Program-made: the position numbers and the translations under genes
Assembly: GCA_965279375.1 (NCBI GenBank)
Contig: OZ257156.1
Coordinates: forward strand, 2,720,001-2,784,000
Direction: 5' to 3'
DNA: 64,000 nucleotides
Origin: Gemmatimonas sp.
GTDB taxonomy: Bacteria; Gemmatimonadota; Gemmatimonadetes; Gemmatimonadales; Gemmatimonadaceae
Notes under the pieces: model-generated
Told to the model about the DNA's origin: nothing
Seen by the model: only the letters and a program-made list of their open reading frames with translations
Databases searched by the model: none
Shown here: piece after piece, positions 8,981-19,908 of the stretch
Layout of the letters: each line of letters opens with the position of its first letter
How positions within the stretch are numbered: position 1 is the first letter of the stretch

Positions 8981-11014
8981 CTATTCCTGCCAGTCGCCGC
9001 CCGAGCCTTCACTGGCGGTCGAGCCGCCGCCCGAGCCTGCATCGCCGCCACCGCCCTCGTCTCCAGCCTCGCCTCCCTCCGCCGTGCGTCCGCGATTGCG
9101 GGAACGACGGGCGCCTCCGCGCCGACCGCGCCGGCCGCGGCGCTTCGTGCGCGCCTGTCCCGCGGATTCGCCGTCGCCTGCCTCGGAGTCGTCGGATCCG
9201 CCATCGTCGGATTGGTCGGCGCCCATGTCGTCGGAACCGGCCTCATCGCCCTCAGCGCCGCGCCCGATCTGGCTCGCGTCTGCTTCCGACCTCTCAGGAC
9301 GTGGACGGTTCGCTCTGGGGCGGTTGGAGGCGGAGCGGGATTGCTCGTCGTCGCTCGAGCCCGCCGCGTCGCTCGAGACTCGGCCTTCCGAGTGTTCGCT
9401 GGATTCCTCGCCTGAATTCTCGCCTGAATTCTCGACGGATGACTCCGCGGAGCCGTCCGCATTGGCTTCGCGCTGCTTGGACTTCCGGCGACGCGAGCGC
9501 CGATTGCGGCGACGCTTCCGCTCGCGGGCGGCGGAATCGGTGCCCTCGCCTACCTCGATGCTCTCGGCGTCCTCGCCGTCGGTCTCCTCATCCGCGTCAG
9601 AATCCGCACCGGACTCCTTGGTCGAATTCGGCGTCAGCTGGTCGCCGGTGGGGCGAGGGCGCTGCGGCGACGCCGGGCGAGCCGCGGCGTTCTCGGTCGA
9701 CGCATCGGAGGCGTTGACGCTCTCCTCTGGCTCGGGGGCATACGGTGACGCCGCGGCGTCGCGGCGCGCCGTCGGTGCGGCAAACGGATCGTCGAGCGCC
9801 TGATCGAGGTCGGCGCTGTTCTGCGTCGCCGCATCGCGTCCACGTCTTGGCTCGTTCGTGCGCGCGCGGTCCCGCTCGCGACGCGGGCGCTCTTCCTTGG
9901 TGCGTTCTTCCTTCGCACGCTCTGCGCGTGGCGGGCGCGCGTCGCGCGGTGGTCGCGTCTCCTCGGCCTCCGGCCGCGGACGAGATGCGGCGGGACGTGC
10001 ACCCGGGTCGCGCGGCGCCGCGGTCTCCGTCGCCTCATTCGTCGGGCGCGTGTCCTTGTCGGCGCGGGCCTCACGCCGATCGCGGCGACCGCGTTCGCGG
10101 CGCGCGTCCTCGGCGGCATCTTCCAGTCCGGAGTCGCTGCGCGGACGTTCGCGGTCGCGCTTGCGTTCGCGAAGCCGCTCCGCGGTCATCTCCGGTTCGT
10201 CGCGCCGCTTGGGTGCGGGTAGCTGCTGTCCACGTGGCGGTCTCGCTGCGGCTTCCGCCGCTTCCGGAACCGTGGTGGGGGTGGCTTTGCGTCCGCGAGC
10301 ACGCCAGCCCCAGCGGAGCGTCGCGAGTGCGTCGCGCAGCGTGATGCGGCGACTGTCGCGCATGCGCACGCCGTAGGTGGGCTCGAGCGGCACCGTCTCT
10401 ACGCGGCGCGCGTGCGGCACCAGGCGAAGCAGCAGGTCGGCGTTGGCCGTCCACGAATCGCCGTCGCATACCGGAGCATCGCCGCTGGTGCGCAGCGCAT
10501 CACGCAGCACGGAAATGCGTGCGAGTCGCATGGAGCCGGTCAGGTCCTTGATGCCATCCACGCGCACGAAGGGGCGAAGTGCCCAACTCGCCGCCGTGAA
10601 CAGTCGTTTGACCGGCACCGGTGCATCGACAACCGCCGTGCGCTCACCGATGACGAGATCAGCACCGCCTTCGAACCGACGCGCGAACTCCGGGACGATG
10701 CCCGGCGGATCGGTGAAGTCCGCCTGCAGCAGGAGCATCGCGTCGCGTCGCGGGTAGCGCGTATGACCGGAGACGTAGCGCACGAGCGCGTCGACGGCGC
10801 CGGCGTATCCGACCGGCTTCGTCCCGCGCAGTACCGTGACCGGCATGGCGTGCGCGTACTGCTCCGCGACATCGGCCGTCTCGTCACTGCTGGCGTCGTC
10901 GTACACCACGACTTCGTACTCACGTGGAAACTCGGCAAGCACCGTACGGAGCCGCCAAAGCAGCACGCCAATGGTGGCGACCTCGTTCTGTGCTGGGATT
11001 GCGAGGTAAAGCAC
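8981..11014 (-). CDS. GT2 (Dol-P-Man synthase-like) glycosyltransferase fused to a ~430-aa low-complexity Arg/acidic tail
   Basis: From GTG 11014: VLYLAIPAQNE, EVVVYDDASSDET, LLQADFTDPP, GADLVIGER, IKDLTGSMR. The remainder is rich in R/E/D/S/G/A/P. Confidence 0.82.
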   Translation of the reverse strand: MLYLAIPAQNEVATIGVLLWRLRTVLAEFPREYEVVVYDDASSDETADVAEQYAHAMPVTVLRGTKPVGYAGAVDALVRYVSGHTRYPRRDAMLLLQADFTDPPGIVPEFARRFEGGADLVIGERTAVVDAPVPVKRLFTAASWALRPFVRVDGIKDLTGSMRLARISVLRDALRTSGDAPVCDGDSWTANADLLLRLVPHARRVETVPLEPTYGVRMRDSRRITLRDALATLRWGWRARGRKATPTTVPEAAEAAARPPRGQQLPAPKRRDEPEMTAERLRERKRDRERPRSDSGLEDAAEDARRERGRRDRREARADKDTRPTNEATETAAPRDPGARPAASRPRPEAEETRPPRDARPPRAERAKEERTKEERPRRERDRARTNEPRRGRDAATQNSADLDQALDDPFAAPTARRDAAASPYAPEPEESVNASDASTENAAARPASPQRPRPTGDQLTPNSTKESGADSDADEETDGEDAESIEVGEGTDSAARERKRRRNRRSRRRKSKQREANADGSAESSVENSGENSGEESSEHSEGRVSSDAAGSSDDEQSRSASNRPRANRPRPERSEADASQIGRGAEGDEAGSDDMGADQSDDGGSDDSEAGDGESAGQARTKRRGRRGRRGGARRSRNRGRTAEGGEAGDEGGGGDAGSGGGSTASEGSGGDWQE

Positions 11015-11142
11015 GTAGTCGGGCGATGGGTCGGGAAAAGAGCGCACTGGCGCACACGTCTGCGTCCGATAATAACAGAGAAGGGGCTCAGGCGGGTGCG
11101 GTGCCCGCAAGCCAGCTGGCGACAGTATCAGGGGGAGACTCC

Positions 11143-11889
11143 ATGATTCTCGCAAATGTGCGGTCCCGACTGACCCGGGAAGATGCGCAATTGGTGCTCC
11201 GACTCGTGGCCCGAGGCTCGGGGCGCGCGCTGGACGACGCGGAAGGCACCCTGACCGATCAGGGGCTCGATCCGCTGCTGGATGACCCGCGGCTGCACGA
11301 CGGGCTGATGGACTCGCGCCAGGGGGCGCACGCGTCGCTGCCGCTCTTCGCCTATGTCGTGGTGCGGCGAGCGCTGCTGGCCGCCGGCGAGTCCGACCGG
11401 CAGCTCGCCGACTATCTCGCCTCGCTGGTGCTGCATTTCGGTCTGCGGCAGCGCGCGAACCGGATTTCGGCGCACGACGATGACAGCTACGACACACTGG
11501 CTGCGATCGGGGAAGCCATCGACACGGCGGATGCGAGGCGCAGCTATCTCGCGCGGGCCCATCTGGGCAACTACGCGCTCTGGATGAGCGGCATCTTTCC
11601 CGACGCGATCGAGCGTCGGCGGTGGCGACGCGGCGGCCCCGATCTGGGGTACTTCGAAACGATGGGATCGCGCGGCTATCGTCTGGCGGCCGATCATCGG
11701 CTCGCTGCAGAGCAGGGGATGGCCCCACTGTTCGAGACCGCGGCGGAGAAGTTTCCGCGACTGCGGATGGCCCTCAATCGAGTCAGCGATCGTCTCTTCT
11801 TTCCCAACGTGCACACGCCGGAGCGCCTGATGCGCCAGGTGACCGACGAGGCGCGTTGGGTGCCTCCCGGAGGGAGTACACTCAGTTAG
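11143..11889 (+). CDS. Conserved-looking hypothetical protein (248 aa)
   Basis: GGAG RBS before ATG 11143; globular composition; LGNYALWMSGIFP and YFETMGSRGY blocks. Confidence 0.8.
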   Translation: MILANVRSRLTREDAQLVLRLVARGSGRALDDAEGTLTDQGLDPLLDDPRLHDGLMDSRQGAHASLPLFAYVVVRRALLAAGESDRQLADYLASLVLHFGLRQRANRISAHDDDSYDTLAAIGEAIDTADARRSYLARAHLGNYALWMSGIFPDAIERRRWRRGGPDLGYFETMGSRGYRLAADHRLAAEQGMAPLFETAAEKFPRLRMALNRVSDRLFFPNVHTPERLMRQVTDEARWVPPGGSTLS

Positions 11890-12032
11890 CATTCCGCGAC
11901 GGCGGTGGGCGCACTGGCGCCCGCCGTGACGCGGCGCGTATCGTGCGAGGGATGAGAAGGATGGTCCTTCTCGCAGCCCTCCAGCCGGCCGTGTGGTCTC
12001 TCCGGTCGCCCCCGTCGCACCTCGCCTCCCGC

Positions 12033-12629
12033 ATGTTCGATCAGCTTCGCGAATCCATCCGAGCCCTGTCCGACCGTCTGGCTCCCGAAGAGCGCCGCCG
12101 CGTAGTCTCCGCAATGCGGGATGCGATGGTGCACGCCAAACTGGGGTTGCAGGATCTGCGTGAGAGCATCGCAACGACCGAGGCTCGGCTCCAGACCGAG
12201 CGCACGGAGCTCGAGACGGTGCGCCGACGGCAGGGGCTGGCCGCCCAGATCGGCGACAACGAGACGGTCGCGATCGCTGAGCGATTTGCTGCGCAGCACG
12301 CCGAACGCGTGGCGGTCCTCGAGTCCAAGCTGATGGTTCAGCAGCAGGAGCTTTCGCTCGCCGACCGCGAGCTGGACGAGATGGCCAGTCAGCTGCGCCT
12401 GGCGGCATCGGGCGTGGCGCCCGGCGGCATCTCTGCCGACACGGCGGCCCAGCAGGAAGTCGATGACTTTCTCAGCGGTGCCGAAGATGCCGCCGCGTCG
12501 GGCGCATCCGATGGACTGTCCGACGTCGACACTGGTGAGCGCGCCGCCCCTGCGCGACGTACTCGTGCGCAACGAGAGGCAGAGGCGGAGGAGCGCCTGG
12601 CGGATTTGAAGCGTCGCATGGGGAAATGA
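12033..12629 (+). CDS. Coiled-coil protein, PspA/IM30-like
   Basis: From MFDQLRES: heptad-rich helices, a central 'LAAQIGDNETVAIA' turn and C-terminal 'EERLADLKRRMGK', resembling PspA. Confidence 0.6.
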   Translation: MFDQLRESIRALSDRLAPEERRRVVSAMRDAMVHAKLGLQDLRESIATTEARLQTERTELETVRRRQGLAAQIGDNETVAIAERFAAQHAERVAVLESKLMVQQQELSLADRELDEMASQLRLAASGVAPGGISADTAAQQEVDDFLSGAEDAAASGASDGLSDVDTGERAAPARRTRAQREAEAEERLADLKRRMGK

Positions 12630-14398
12630 GCAGCGAGCGTCGGATGCGGTGCGCGGTGGCGCAGTGCGCCATGGCGGCACTGGCGGGCCCCTTGTGCGGA
12701 CTCGGTGCGCAGAACGCGACGCGACCAGCGCCGGTGAGCAGCAAGGGACGGTTACCCATCACGGGATGCGCGGGACAGACGATCAGCAACATCGTCGTCG
12801 TGACGCAGCCACCGTTGACCGAGCGACTGCCGCGACGGCTCGAATTCGTGCGGCGCGCGGCGCGTGCCTTGCACACCACGACGCGTGACGAGATCGTGCG
12901 GCGTTATCTGCTGCTGGACGTGGGGCAGCCGTGCAACCAGATCCGTCGCGCCGAATCGGAGCGCATTCTGCGCGCGCAGCCGTATCTGGTGGACGCGCGC
13001 ATTCAGGTGTACGACGACGAAGAAGGCGGTGTACGTCTCGAGGTCGAAACGCGAGACGAATTCAGCATGCTGGTGGGTGCGCAGGCGTCACCGCCGGTGC
13101 CGTATCTGCGTGGGCTGCGTCTCGGCGACAACAACCTTGGCGGCTCGGCGATTCTGGCCGCGCTCGAGTGGCGCGATGGCCGTGCGTTCAACGACGTGAT
13201 GGCGGCCGAGTTCACGGACTACCAGTTCGCCGGCGGCCGTCAGATCATGCGGCTGTCGGGAACGCGTTTCGAACGCGGCCAGGAGCTGCGCGCCGAATTG
13301 GTGCGGCCATACTTCACCGACCTGCAGCGCTTTGGCTGGATTGCGACGGTGGGTGGGACGCGGAACTACACGTCGATCATGCGTCCGCAAGAAGGACCGA
13401 ACGCGCTGAACGTCGCGCGCACGTTCGCGAACGTGGGCGGACTGATTCGAGTGGGTCCGGTCGGACGACTCAGACTCATCGGGCTTGGCCTCACGCGCGA
13501 AGTGCAGCGCGTGGATTCCGTACCGGTGCGGATTACGCGTGAAGGTTTCCTGCCGGACTCCGGATCGCCGCTCACGGCGCGCTTCCGCACGCAGAACGTG
13601 GTGCGCGCGAATGCGCTGCTGGGCTTCCGTCGGTTGTCGTTCCAACGCGTACAGGGCTTCGATGCGCTCACGGGCGCGCAGGACGTGCGCGTGGGCCTCG
13701 AGACGGGGGTGAGCTTCGGGCAGTCGCTGCCGATCGGGAATGCGCGCGACAAGGATCGTTTCGTGGCAGGCACGTTGTACGCCGGATGGGGCGGCCCGAA
13801 GTCGTTTGGCGGTTTGCAGGCCAACACGGAAGCGCGCTACGATCGACGTACGGGCAGGTGGGACAACATGGTTGCCAGCGGTCGCATGGCCTGGTACTTC
13901 AAGCCCGCTGTGAAGCAGCTCACGTTGCTCTCCACCGAATGGAGCGCGGTGCGCAACACGTCAGTGCCCGTACAGCTGTCGATGAGCGATTTTCTGGGTG
14001 GGCTGCGCGGCCATGATCGGTCGAGGGATCCGGGCGCCAAGCGACTCGTGTTGCGTGGCGAGCAGCGGCTGATCATTCCGACGCGCTACAACCTTGCCGA
14101 CGTCGGGTTGGCGGCGTTCGCCGAAGGCGGACGGCTGTGGCGCGATCCATCGGTGCCGTATTCGGTGGATACGCCGTGGCGGGGCGCCGTCGGTGTCTCC
14201 ATTCTTGCGGCGGTGCCGCCGCGTTCACGCCGCATGTGGCGCGTCGACTTTGCGTTTCCCGTCAGCAGCGATCGCGACCGAAAATTCGAAGTGCGCTTCA
14301 TCGGCGACGATCTGACGCGTCTGTTCTGGCGCGAGCCCAACGATGTGGAGCCGGCGCGCGAACGCACCGTGCCCAAGTCGTTGTTCAAGTGGCCATAG
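12626..14398 (+). CDS. Outer-membrane beta-barrel protein with N-terminal POTRA-like domain (Omp85/TamA/ShlB-like)
   Basis: Signal peptide; 'TTRDEIVRRYLLLDVGQPC...ESERILR' POTRA pattern; amphipathic strands; LRGH in the position of the (V/L)RGY motif; RVDFAFP near the C-terminus. Confidence 0.7.
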   Translation: MSSERRMRCAVAQCAMAALAGPLCGLGAQNATRPAPVSSKGRLPITGCAGQTISNIVVVTQPPLTERLPRRLEFVRRAARALHTTTRDEIVRRYLLLDVGQPCNQIRRAESERILRAQPYLVDARIQVYDDEEGGVRLEVETRDEFSMLVGAQASPPVPYLRGLRLGDNNLGGSAILAALEWRDGRAFNDVMAAEFTDYQFAGGRQIMRLSGTRFERGQELRAELVRPYFTDLQRFGWIATVGGTRNYTSIMRPQEGPNALNVARTFANVGGLIRVGPVGRLRLIGLGLTREVQRVDSVPVRITREGFLPDSGSPLTARFRTQNVVRANALLGFRRLSFQRVQGFDALTGAQDVRVGLETGVSFGQSLPIGNARDKDRFVAGTLYAGWGGPKSFGGLQANTEARYDRRTGRWDNMVASGRMAWYFKPAVKQLTLLSTEWSAVRNTSVPVQLSMSDFLGGLRGHDRSRDPGAKRLVLRGEQRLIIPTRYNLADVGLAAFAEGGRLWRDPSVPYSVDTPWRGAVGVSILAAVPPRSRRMWRVDFAFPVSSDRDRKFEVRFIGDDLTRLFWREPNDVEPARERTVPKSLFKWP

Positions 14399-14441
14399 TC
14401 GCCGCCTTTCGCGGCGAAAAAGCGGGCACAGCGATCCGCGG

Positions 14442-15989
14442 TTAGGCCTGCGCCGAGCGCGTGAGGCGCTTGAGCAGCGGCACGCAGACGAACATCAGCG
14501 CAGCGGCTACGAGCGACGACACCACGAAGATGGTGAAGAAGCCCTTGTTGGTGGCGCTCAACTGCTGGATGTATCCGCCGAGGCCTGACTGCACGGCTGC
14601 GGGCGCTTCACCGGGGAGCGGCGTGTAGCCTGCCACGAAGCCGGCCACCTTGTTGGCCGCGGCGTTGGCGAGGAACCAGACGCCCATCAACAGCGACGCG
14701 AACTTGAGCGGCGCGACGCGGGTGACGTACGAGAGGCCGAGCGGCGAGAGACACAGTTCGCCGATGGAGTGCAGGAAGAAGGCACCGAAGAGCCAGTTGG
14801 GGCTCACGAGCATTCCGGTGTCGGCGCGTCCACCACCAATGGCGAGCAGCGCGAAGCCGGCGCCAACGAACGCGAGGCCGATCGACATTTTGAGCGGCGT
14901 ACCCGGCTCGAGCTTTCGCTTGCCGAGCGCGCTCCAGAGTGCGGCCATGAGCGGCGCGCAGGTGATGATGAAGAACGAGTTGACCGACTGGAACCAGCTC
15001 GACGGCATGGTGAAATCGCCGTACTTGCGGTCGGTGAACTTGTCGGCGAAGAGACTCATGCTGGAGCCGGCCTGTTCGAACGCCGCCCAGAAGAAGACGA
15101 CGAAGAACGACACGATGAACAGCGCGATGACGCGATTGCGCTCTTCTCCCTGGGTGCCGAGCACGGACATGAAGATGGACGCGCCGATGACGGCGCCGAC
15201 GCCGATGCCGAGCAAGCCACCCGAGAGCACGGCCGCGAGCGCGCCGCCGACCGCGAGGCCGATGCCGCCGTAGAGCATCGACTTGTCGTTGCTGACAACG
15301 CCGCCGACGTCGATGGACTTGGCGCGACCGGTGGGTTCGCTGCCGAGGTCACCGATGAAGTTGCGCTTGAGCGTGGCGTAGCCGATCAGACCGAGCACCA
15401 TGCCGACGCCGGCGGCGGCGAACCCATAGTGCCAGCCGAAGCGATCGCTTTGCGCGAGGTAGCCACAGACGAGCGGTCCGAGGAAGCCGCCCGTGTTGAT
15501 GCCCATGTAGAAGATCGTGAAGCCGGCATCGCGACGCTCGTCGCCCTTGCTGTAGAGCTGTCCGGCGAGCGTGGAGACGTTGGCTTTGAAGAAGCCCGTG
15601 CCGATGACGACGAGTCCAAGACCTGCGTAGAACGCCGACATGCCCGGAAGCGCGAGGACAAAGTGGCCGGCGGAAATGATGGCGCCGCCGATCAGCAGGG
15701 CGCGATGCGTGCCGATGTAGCGGTCGGCGATGTAGCCACCGATCATCGGCGTGAGGTACACGAGCATCGTGTACGTGCCGTACAGACTGGCCGCGCGCGC
15801 GGTGTCCCACTTGAGCTCATTGACGAGATAGAGCACGAGGAGCGCGCGCATGCCGTAGTACGAGAAGCGCTCCCACATCTCGGTCATGAACATCAGGCCG
15901 AGTCCGCGAGGATGGCCGAAGAAGGCACGATCCTCCTGCACCGCCGCAGCAGTGGCGGCGGTCGTGGAGGTGCTGGTTGCGGAGGTCAC
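14442..15989 (-). CDS. POT/PTR-family proton-coupled di/tripeptide MFS transporter
   Basis: [46 protein letters not shown] start overlaps the oppF stop (GTGA). Confidence 0.93.
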   Translation of the reverse strand: MTSATSTSTTAATAAAVQEDRAFFGHPRGLGLMFMTEMWERFSYYGMRALLVLYLVNELKWDTARAASLYGTYTMLVYLTPMIGGYIADRYIGTHRALLIGGAIISAGHFVLALPGMSAFYAGLGLVVIGTGFFKANVSTLAGQLYSKGDERRDAGFTIFYMGINTGGFLGPLVCGYLAQSDRFGWHYGFAAAGVGMVLGLIGYATLKRNFIGDLGSEPTGRAKSIDVGGVVSNDKSMLYGGIGLAVGGALAAVLSGGLLGIGVGAVIGASIFMSVLGTQGEERNRVIALFIVSFFVVFFWAAFEQAGSSMSLFADKFTDRKYGDFTMPSSWFQSVNSFFIITCAPLMAALWSALGKRKLEPGTPLKMSIGLAFVGAGFALLAIGGGRADTGMLVSPNWLFGAFFLHSIGELCLSPLGLSYVTRVAPLKFASLLMGVWFLANAAANKVAGFVAGYTPLPGEAPAAVQSGLGGYIQQLSATNKGFFTIFVVSSLVAAALMFVCVPLLKRLTRSAQA

Positions 15990-17023
15990 GGCGTGATGTG
16001 CTGAGGGAGGATGGGCTGCTTGATGCAGGCGACGAAATGGCCGGGCGCCTTTGCTTCGAGCGTGGGGACGATGCGCGTGCAGGCTTCGTCCTTGGCGGGA
16101 TGCGGGCAGCGCGGATGAAAGACGCACCCACTCGGCGGATTGGCGGGGCTTGGCGGTTCGCCGGGGAGCAGGATGCGCTTGCGCGTGGACGTGGGGTCGG
16201 GGACCGGCACGGCGGAGAGCAGCGCCTGCGTGTACGGCATCATCGGATTGGCGAACAGCGCTCGACGCGGCGCGAGTTCGACGATCTTGCCCAAATACAT
16301 CACCGCCACGCGATCGGCCATGTGCGAGACGACGGCAAGATCGTGGGCGATGAAGAGGTAGGCGAGACCGCGATCACGCTGCAGATCGCGTAGCAGGTTG
16401 ACGACTTGTGCCTGCACGCTGACGTCGAGCGCAGAGACGGGCTCGTCGCACACGATGAACGACGGCTCGACGGCGAGCGCGCGCGCGATGCCCACGCGTT
16501 GGCGTTGACCGCCCGAGAACTCGTGCGGAAAGCGCGCGGCGTACTCGGGGCGCAGGCCAACTTCATCGAGGAGCTTGGCGACGCGCACGTCGGCCGCAGC
16601 TCCTTCGGCGAGTTGATGCACGATCAAGCCTTCCTTGATGGCGGCGCCGATCGTCATGCGCGGATTGAGCGAGCCGTACGGGTCCTGAAAGACGATCTGC
16701 ATGCGACGGCGCATGCGGCGAAGGGATTCTCCCTTGAGGGCGCGGACATCGGTGCCGTCGAATGCAATCGTTCCGTCCGTCGGCTCGACGAGTCGGAGAA
16801 TCGCGCGTCCGGTCGTCGTCTTGCCGCAGCCGGATTCGCCGACGAGTGCGAGCGTTTCACCGGGCGCAACGTCGAACGAGACGCCATCGACGGCCTTCAC
16901 CGCGCCCGTCACGCGTTGTAAGAGTCCGCTGCGAATGGGGAAGTGCTTGGTCAGGTTGCGCACCTGCACGAGCGGCGCAACGTTCGCGCCGTCAGCGCGA
17001 TCCGCGTGGGCGAGACTGCTCAT
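15986..17023 (-). CDS. oppF: Oligopeptide/dipeptide ABC transporter ATPase
   Basis: [47 protein letters not shown]. Confidence 0.93.
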   Translation of the reverse strand: MSSLAHADRADGANVAPLVQVRNLTKHFPIRSGLLQRVTGAVKAVDGVSFDVAPGETLALVGESGCGKTTTGRAILRLVEPTDGTIAFDGTDVRALKGESLRRMRRRMQIVFQDPYGSLNPRMTIGAAIKEGLIVHQLAEGAAADVRVAKLLDEVGLRPEYAARFPHEFSGGQRQRVGIARALAVEPSFIVCDEPVSALDVSVQAQVVNLLRDLQRDRGLAYLFIAHDLAVVSHMADRVAVMYLGKIVELAPRRALFANPMMPYTQALLSAVPVPDPTSTRKRILLPGEPPSPANPPSGCVFHPRCPHPAKDEACTRIVPTLEAKAPGHFVACIKQPILPQHITP

Positions 17024-18072
17024 GCGGATCGATCCCGTCGATGGCGACGTTCCGGTTCCTGTACGAGATGACAGCGCGCCCGATGCGCCGAGCTGATTTG
17101 CAGCAATGCGGGTTCTTCCATGGCACAGCGTTCGTAGGCGTAGGCGCAGCGATCACGGAAGCGGCAGCCGGTGGGCCAGTCGGTCGGCGGCGGGACCGTG
17201 CCGGGAATCGTCGTCAGGCGATCCTGATCGTCATCGAGGCGCGGAATCGCGGCGAGGAGTCCTTCGGTGTACGGGTGCGACGCGTCGGCGAAGAGTGCCG
17301 CCACCGGCGCTTCTTCCACAACACGCCCCGCGTACATCACGATGACACGCGAGGCCATCTCGGCGACGACACCCAGATCGTGCGTGATGAGCAACAGTGC
17401 CATGCCCGTGCGGCTCTTCATGTCCCGCAGCAACTCGAGAATTTGCGCCTGGATGGTGACGTCGAGTGCCGTGGTGGGCTCGTCGGCGATGACGAGCTGC
17501 GGATCGAGCACGAGCGCCATCGCAATCATCACGCGCTGCCGCATACCGCCGGAGAGCTCGTGCGGATACTGCTTGGCGCGCGTGGCCGGATCGGCGATGC
17601 CCACCTGCGCGAGCATGGCGACGGCGCGTTCCCAAGCCTGCGAGCGCGACGCGTCGGTGTGCACGCGCACCACTTCCGCCACTTGATCGCCCACGGTGAG
17701 GACCGGATTGAGCGCGGTCATCGGCTCCTGGAAGATCATCGCCATGCGATTGCCGCGAATCTGGCGCAGCGCTTCGTCCGGGAGGGTGAGGATGTCCTTG
17801 CCGTCGAAGCGGATGGCGCTCCCCGGCTCGATGCGGGCACTCGGCGGCACGAGGCGCAGGAGCGACAGCGCCGTGACCGACTTGCCGCAGCCGGACTCAC
17901 CGACGACGCAGACGGTCTCGCCGTGCGCGATCGTGAAGCTCACCCCATCCACGGCGCGGGCGATGGCGCCACCGGCGGCGGGGAAGGAGACATGGAGCGC
18001 ACTGACGCTGAGGAGCGGGCCGCCCCCGACGACGGGCACCGGCTGCGAATGGCGGAGTTGAGGCGAAGTCAC
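17020..18072 (-). CDS. oppD: Oligopeptide/dipeptide ABC transporter ATPase
   Basis: [42 protein letters not shown]. Confidence 0.93.
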   Translation of the reverse strand: MTSPQLRHSQPVPVVGGGPLLSVSALHVSFPAAGGAIARAVDGVSFTIAHGETVCVVGESGCGKSVTALSLLRLVPPSARIEPGSAIRFDGKDILTLPDEALRQIRGNRMAMIFQEPMTALNPVLTVGDQVAEVVRVHTDASRSQAWERAVAMLAQVGIADPATRAKQYPHELSGGMRQRVMIAMALVLDPQLVIADEPTTALDVTIQAQILELLRDMKSRTGMALLLITHDLGVVAEMASRVIVMYAGRVVEEAPVAALFADASHPYTEGLLAAIPRLDDDQDRLTTIPGTVPPPTDWPTGCRFRDRCAYAYERCAMEEPALLQISSAHRARCHLVQEPERRHRRDRSA

Positions 18073-18944
18073 GCGGGAACCTGTGCCGGTGCGAAGAGGT
18101 CGCGCAAGGCGTCACCGAGCCAGTTGCAGGTGGTGACGGCGAAGAGGGTCGCCAGACCGGGAAAGAGTACGAGCCACCAGTGGAGGGCCACCGCGTGCAT
18201 CCCCTCGCGCATGATGCTGCCCCAGCTGACGTTTGGATCCTGCACGCCCAAGCCGAGAAAGCTGAGCCCCGCCTCGAGACTGATGGTTTGCGCCACGGCG
18301 ATCGTGGCGTACACGACCAGCGATGGAATGAGGTGCGGCAGCAGATGTTGGCGGAGCAGGCGCACTCGCCGCACACCGGTGGCTTCCGCGGCCAGCACAT
18401 ATTCGCGCCCAAGTTGTGCCTGAATTTCGCTGCGCACGATACGGGCCAGGTCGTACCACCCCGTGGCGCCCAGCAGCAGCACGAGCTGCGGCACCGTGAG
18501 TGTGTCGGCGAACGCGCTGATCGCGAGCAAGAGCAACAGGCGCGGTAGCGCGAGCGCGACATCCAACGCGCGCATCAGCAGGCGATCGATCATGCCGCCC
18601 GCCATCGCCGCCGTGGCGCCGTATCCCACGCCGATGAGCAACGCGACGAACACGGCGCCCACTGCAACCTGGAGCGAGACGCGAGCGCCCATGAGCACGC
18701 CACTCAGGATATCGCGCGACGCCCCGTCGGTGCCGAAGGGGTGCGCCCACGACGGCGCGCGATTGGAGAGTGCGACGATGTCGGGCTGCACGCGCCATTC
18801 GTACGGCGCCAGTAGGGGCGCGGCCGCGGCAACCAACACCAGCACTGTGAGAAGCACTGCGGGACCACGCAGCGCGCGCCAGGCGTCGCGCTGTTTGAAT
18901 CGCTCTGCTACGCGCCGTGGCGGCACCGCCATTGCTGCACTCAC
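18069..18944 (-). CDS. oppC: Peptide ABC transporter permease
   Basis: HPFGTDGASRDILS, EYVLAAEATG (EAA loop), EAGLSFLGLG. GTG start overlaps the oppB stop; the upstream part of the 508-aa track ORF is spurious. Confidence 0.9.
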   Translation of the reverse strand: MSAAMAVPPRRVAERFKQRDAWRALRGPAVLLTVLVLVAAAAPLLAPYEWRVQPDIVALSNRAPSWAHPFGTDGASRDILSGVLMGARVSLQVAVGAVFVALLIGVGYGATAAMAGGMIDRLLMRALDVALALPRLLLLLAISAFADTLTVPQLVLLLGATGWYDLARIVRSEIQAQLGREYVLAAEATGVRRVRLLRQHLLPHLIPSLVVYATIAVAQTISLEAGLSFLGLGVQDPNVSWGSIMREGMHAVALHWWLVLFPGLATLFAVTTCNWLGDALRDLFAPAQVPA

Positions 18945-19888
18945 GCTGACCGCGTCCGTGTGCGCGGGTCGAGCCGCTCGCGCAGGAGATCGGCGGCGAC
19001 GGTGGACGCCGTCGTGAGCGCGCTGATCAGCACCACACCCGCCGTGACGAGATCGTAGTCGCGCCCTTCGATGGCGCTGAGCAGCGTTTGCCCCATGCCG
19101 GGCCAGGAGAAGACGCTTTCGACAAAGACCGCACCAGAAATCAGCGACGGCAGCAGCAGCGCGGCGAGTGTGATGACCGGAAGCAACGACGCGCGAACGG
19201 CATGCCAGCGCACGGCGGATTCCGGCAATCCCTTGGCCCGCGCCGTGCGGACGAACGGCAGCGCCACGATGTCGCGCACCGCGGCGCGCTCGAAACGCGC
19301 GATGTAGGCGATCCCCACCAAACCCAGTGCAAGCACCGGGAGCACGACGTGTCGTGCACGATCGTAGAGCGCTTCGCCCCAGCCGCTCGCGATGCTGGCA
19401 TCGGTGGTCATCCCCGACGACGGAAATGGCCACGGCGACAAGAGCAACGCCAACAGCAAGGCAAGGACGAACTGCGGTGTGGAGAAGAGTACCAGAGACA
19501 GTGCAGACCACGCCCGGTCCCGATGCGTGCCAGCGTGCGTCCCCTGCCATGCGCCGAGCAGCACACCACCCACGAGGCTGATCAGGAATGCACACGACAT
19601 CAGCGCGAGCGTGCGTGGCAGCGTGTTGGCGAGCACCTCACCCACGCGACGCTCCTGCGAGGTGGACCATCCGAGATCGCCGCGTGCCGTGCGCTGCACC
19701 CACCGTCCGTACTGTTCGACAAGAGGTCGGTCGAGTCCCAGCTGTGCGCGCGCCGTCGCGCGTACGTTCGGGTCGCGCAGGCCACCGTCGATGTTGCTGA
19801 AAGGATCACCCGGGGCCGCGTGCAGCAGGAGGAATGCCGCACTCGCCGCGAGGACGATGACGAGCAGTCCCTGCGCGGCGCGCGACAC
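18941..19888 (-). CDS. oppB: Peptide ABC transporter permease
   Basis: APGDP, LGLDRPLVEQY, GDLGWS, VRTARAKGL, VESVFSWPGMG. Confidence 0.93.
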   Translation of the reverse strand: MSRAAQGLLVIVLAASAAFLLLHAAPGDPFSNIDGGLRDPNVRATARAQLGLDRPLVEQYGRWVQRTARGDLGWSTSQERRVGEVLANTLPRTLALMSCAFLISLVGGVLLGAWQGTHAGTHRDRAWSALSLVLFSTPQFVLALLLALLLSPWPFPSSGMTTDASIASGWGEALYDRARHVVLPVLALGLVGIAYIARFERAAVRDIVALPFVRTARAKGLPESAVRWHAVRASLLPVITLAALLLPSLISGAVFVESVFSWPGMGQTLLSAIEGRDYDLVTAGVVLISALTTASTVAADLLRERLDPRTRTRSA

Positions 19889-19908
19889 GATCCGGGTGAA
19901 CAGCCCCG

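Noticed and set aside
11015..11728. N-terminal extension of the 915-aa GT2 ORF
   Set aside because: It overlaps the opposite-strand 11143-11889 gene, and GT2 homology starts at GTG 11014.
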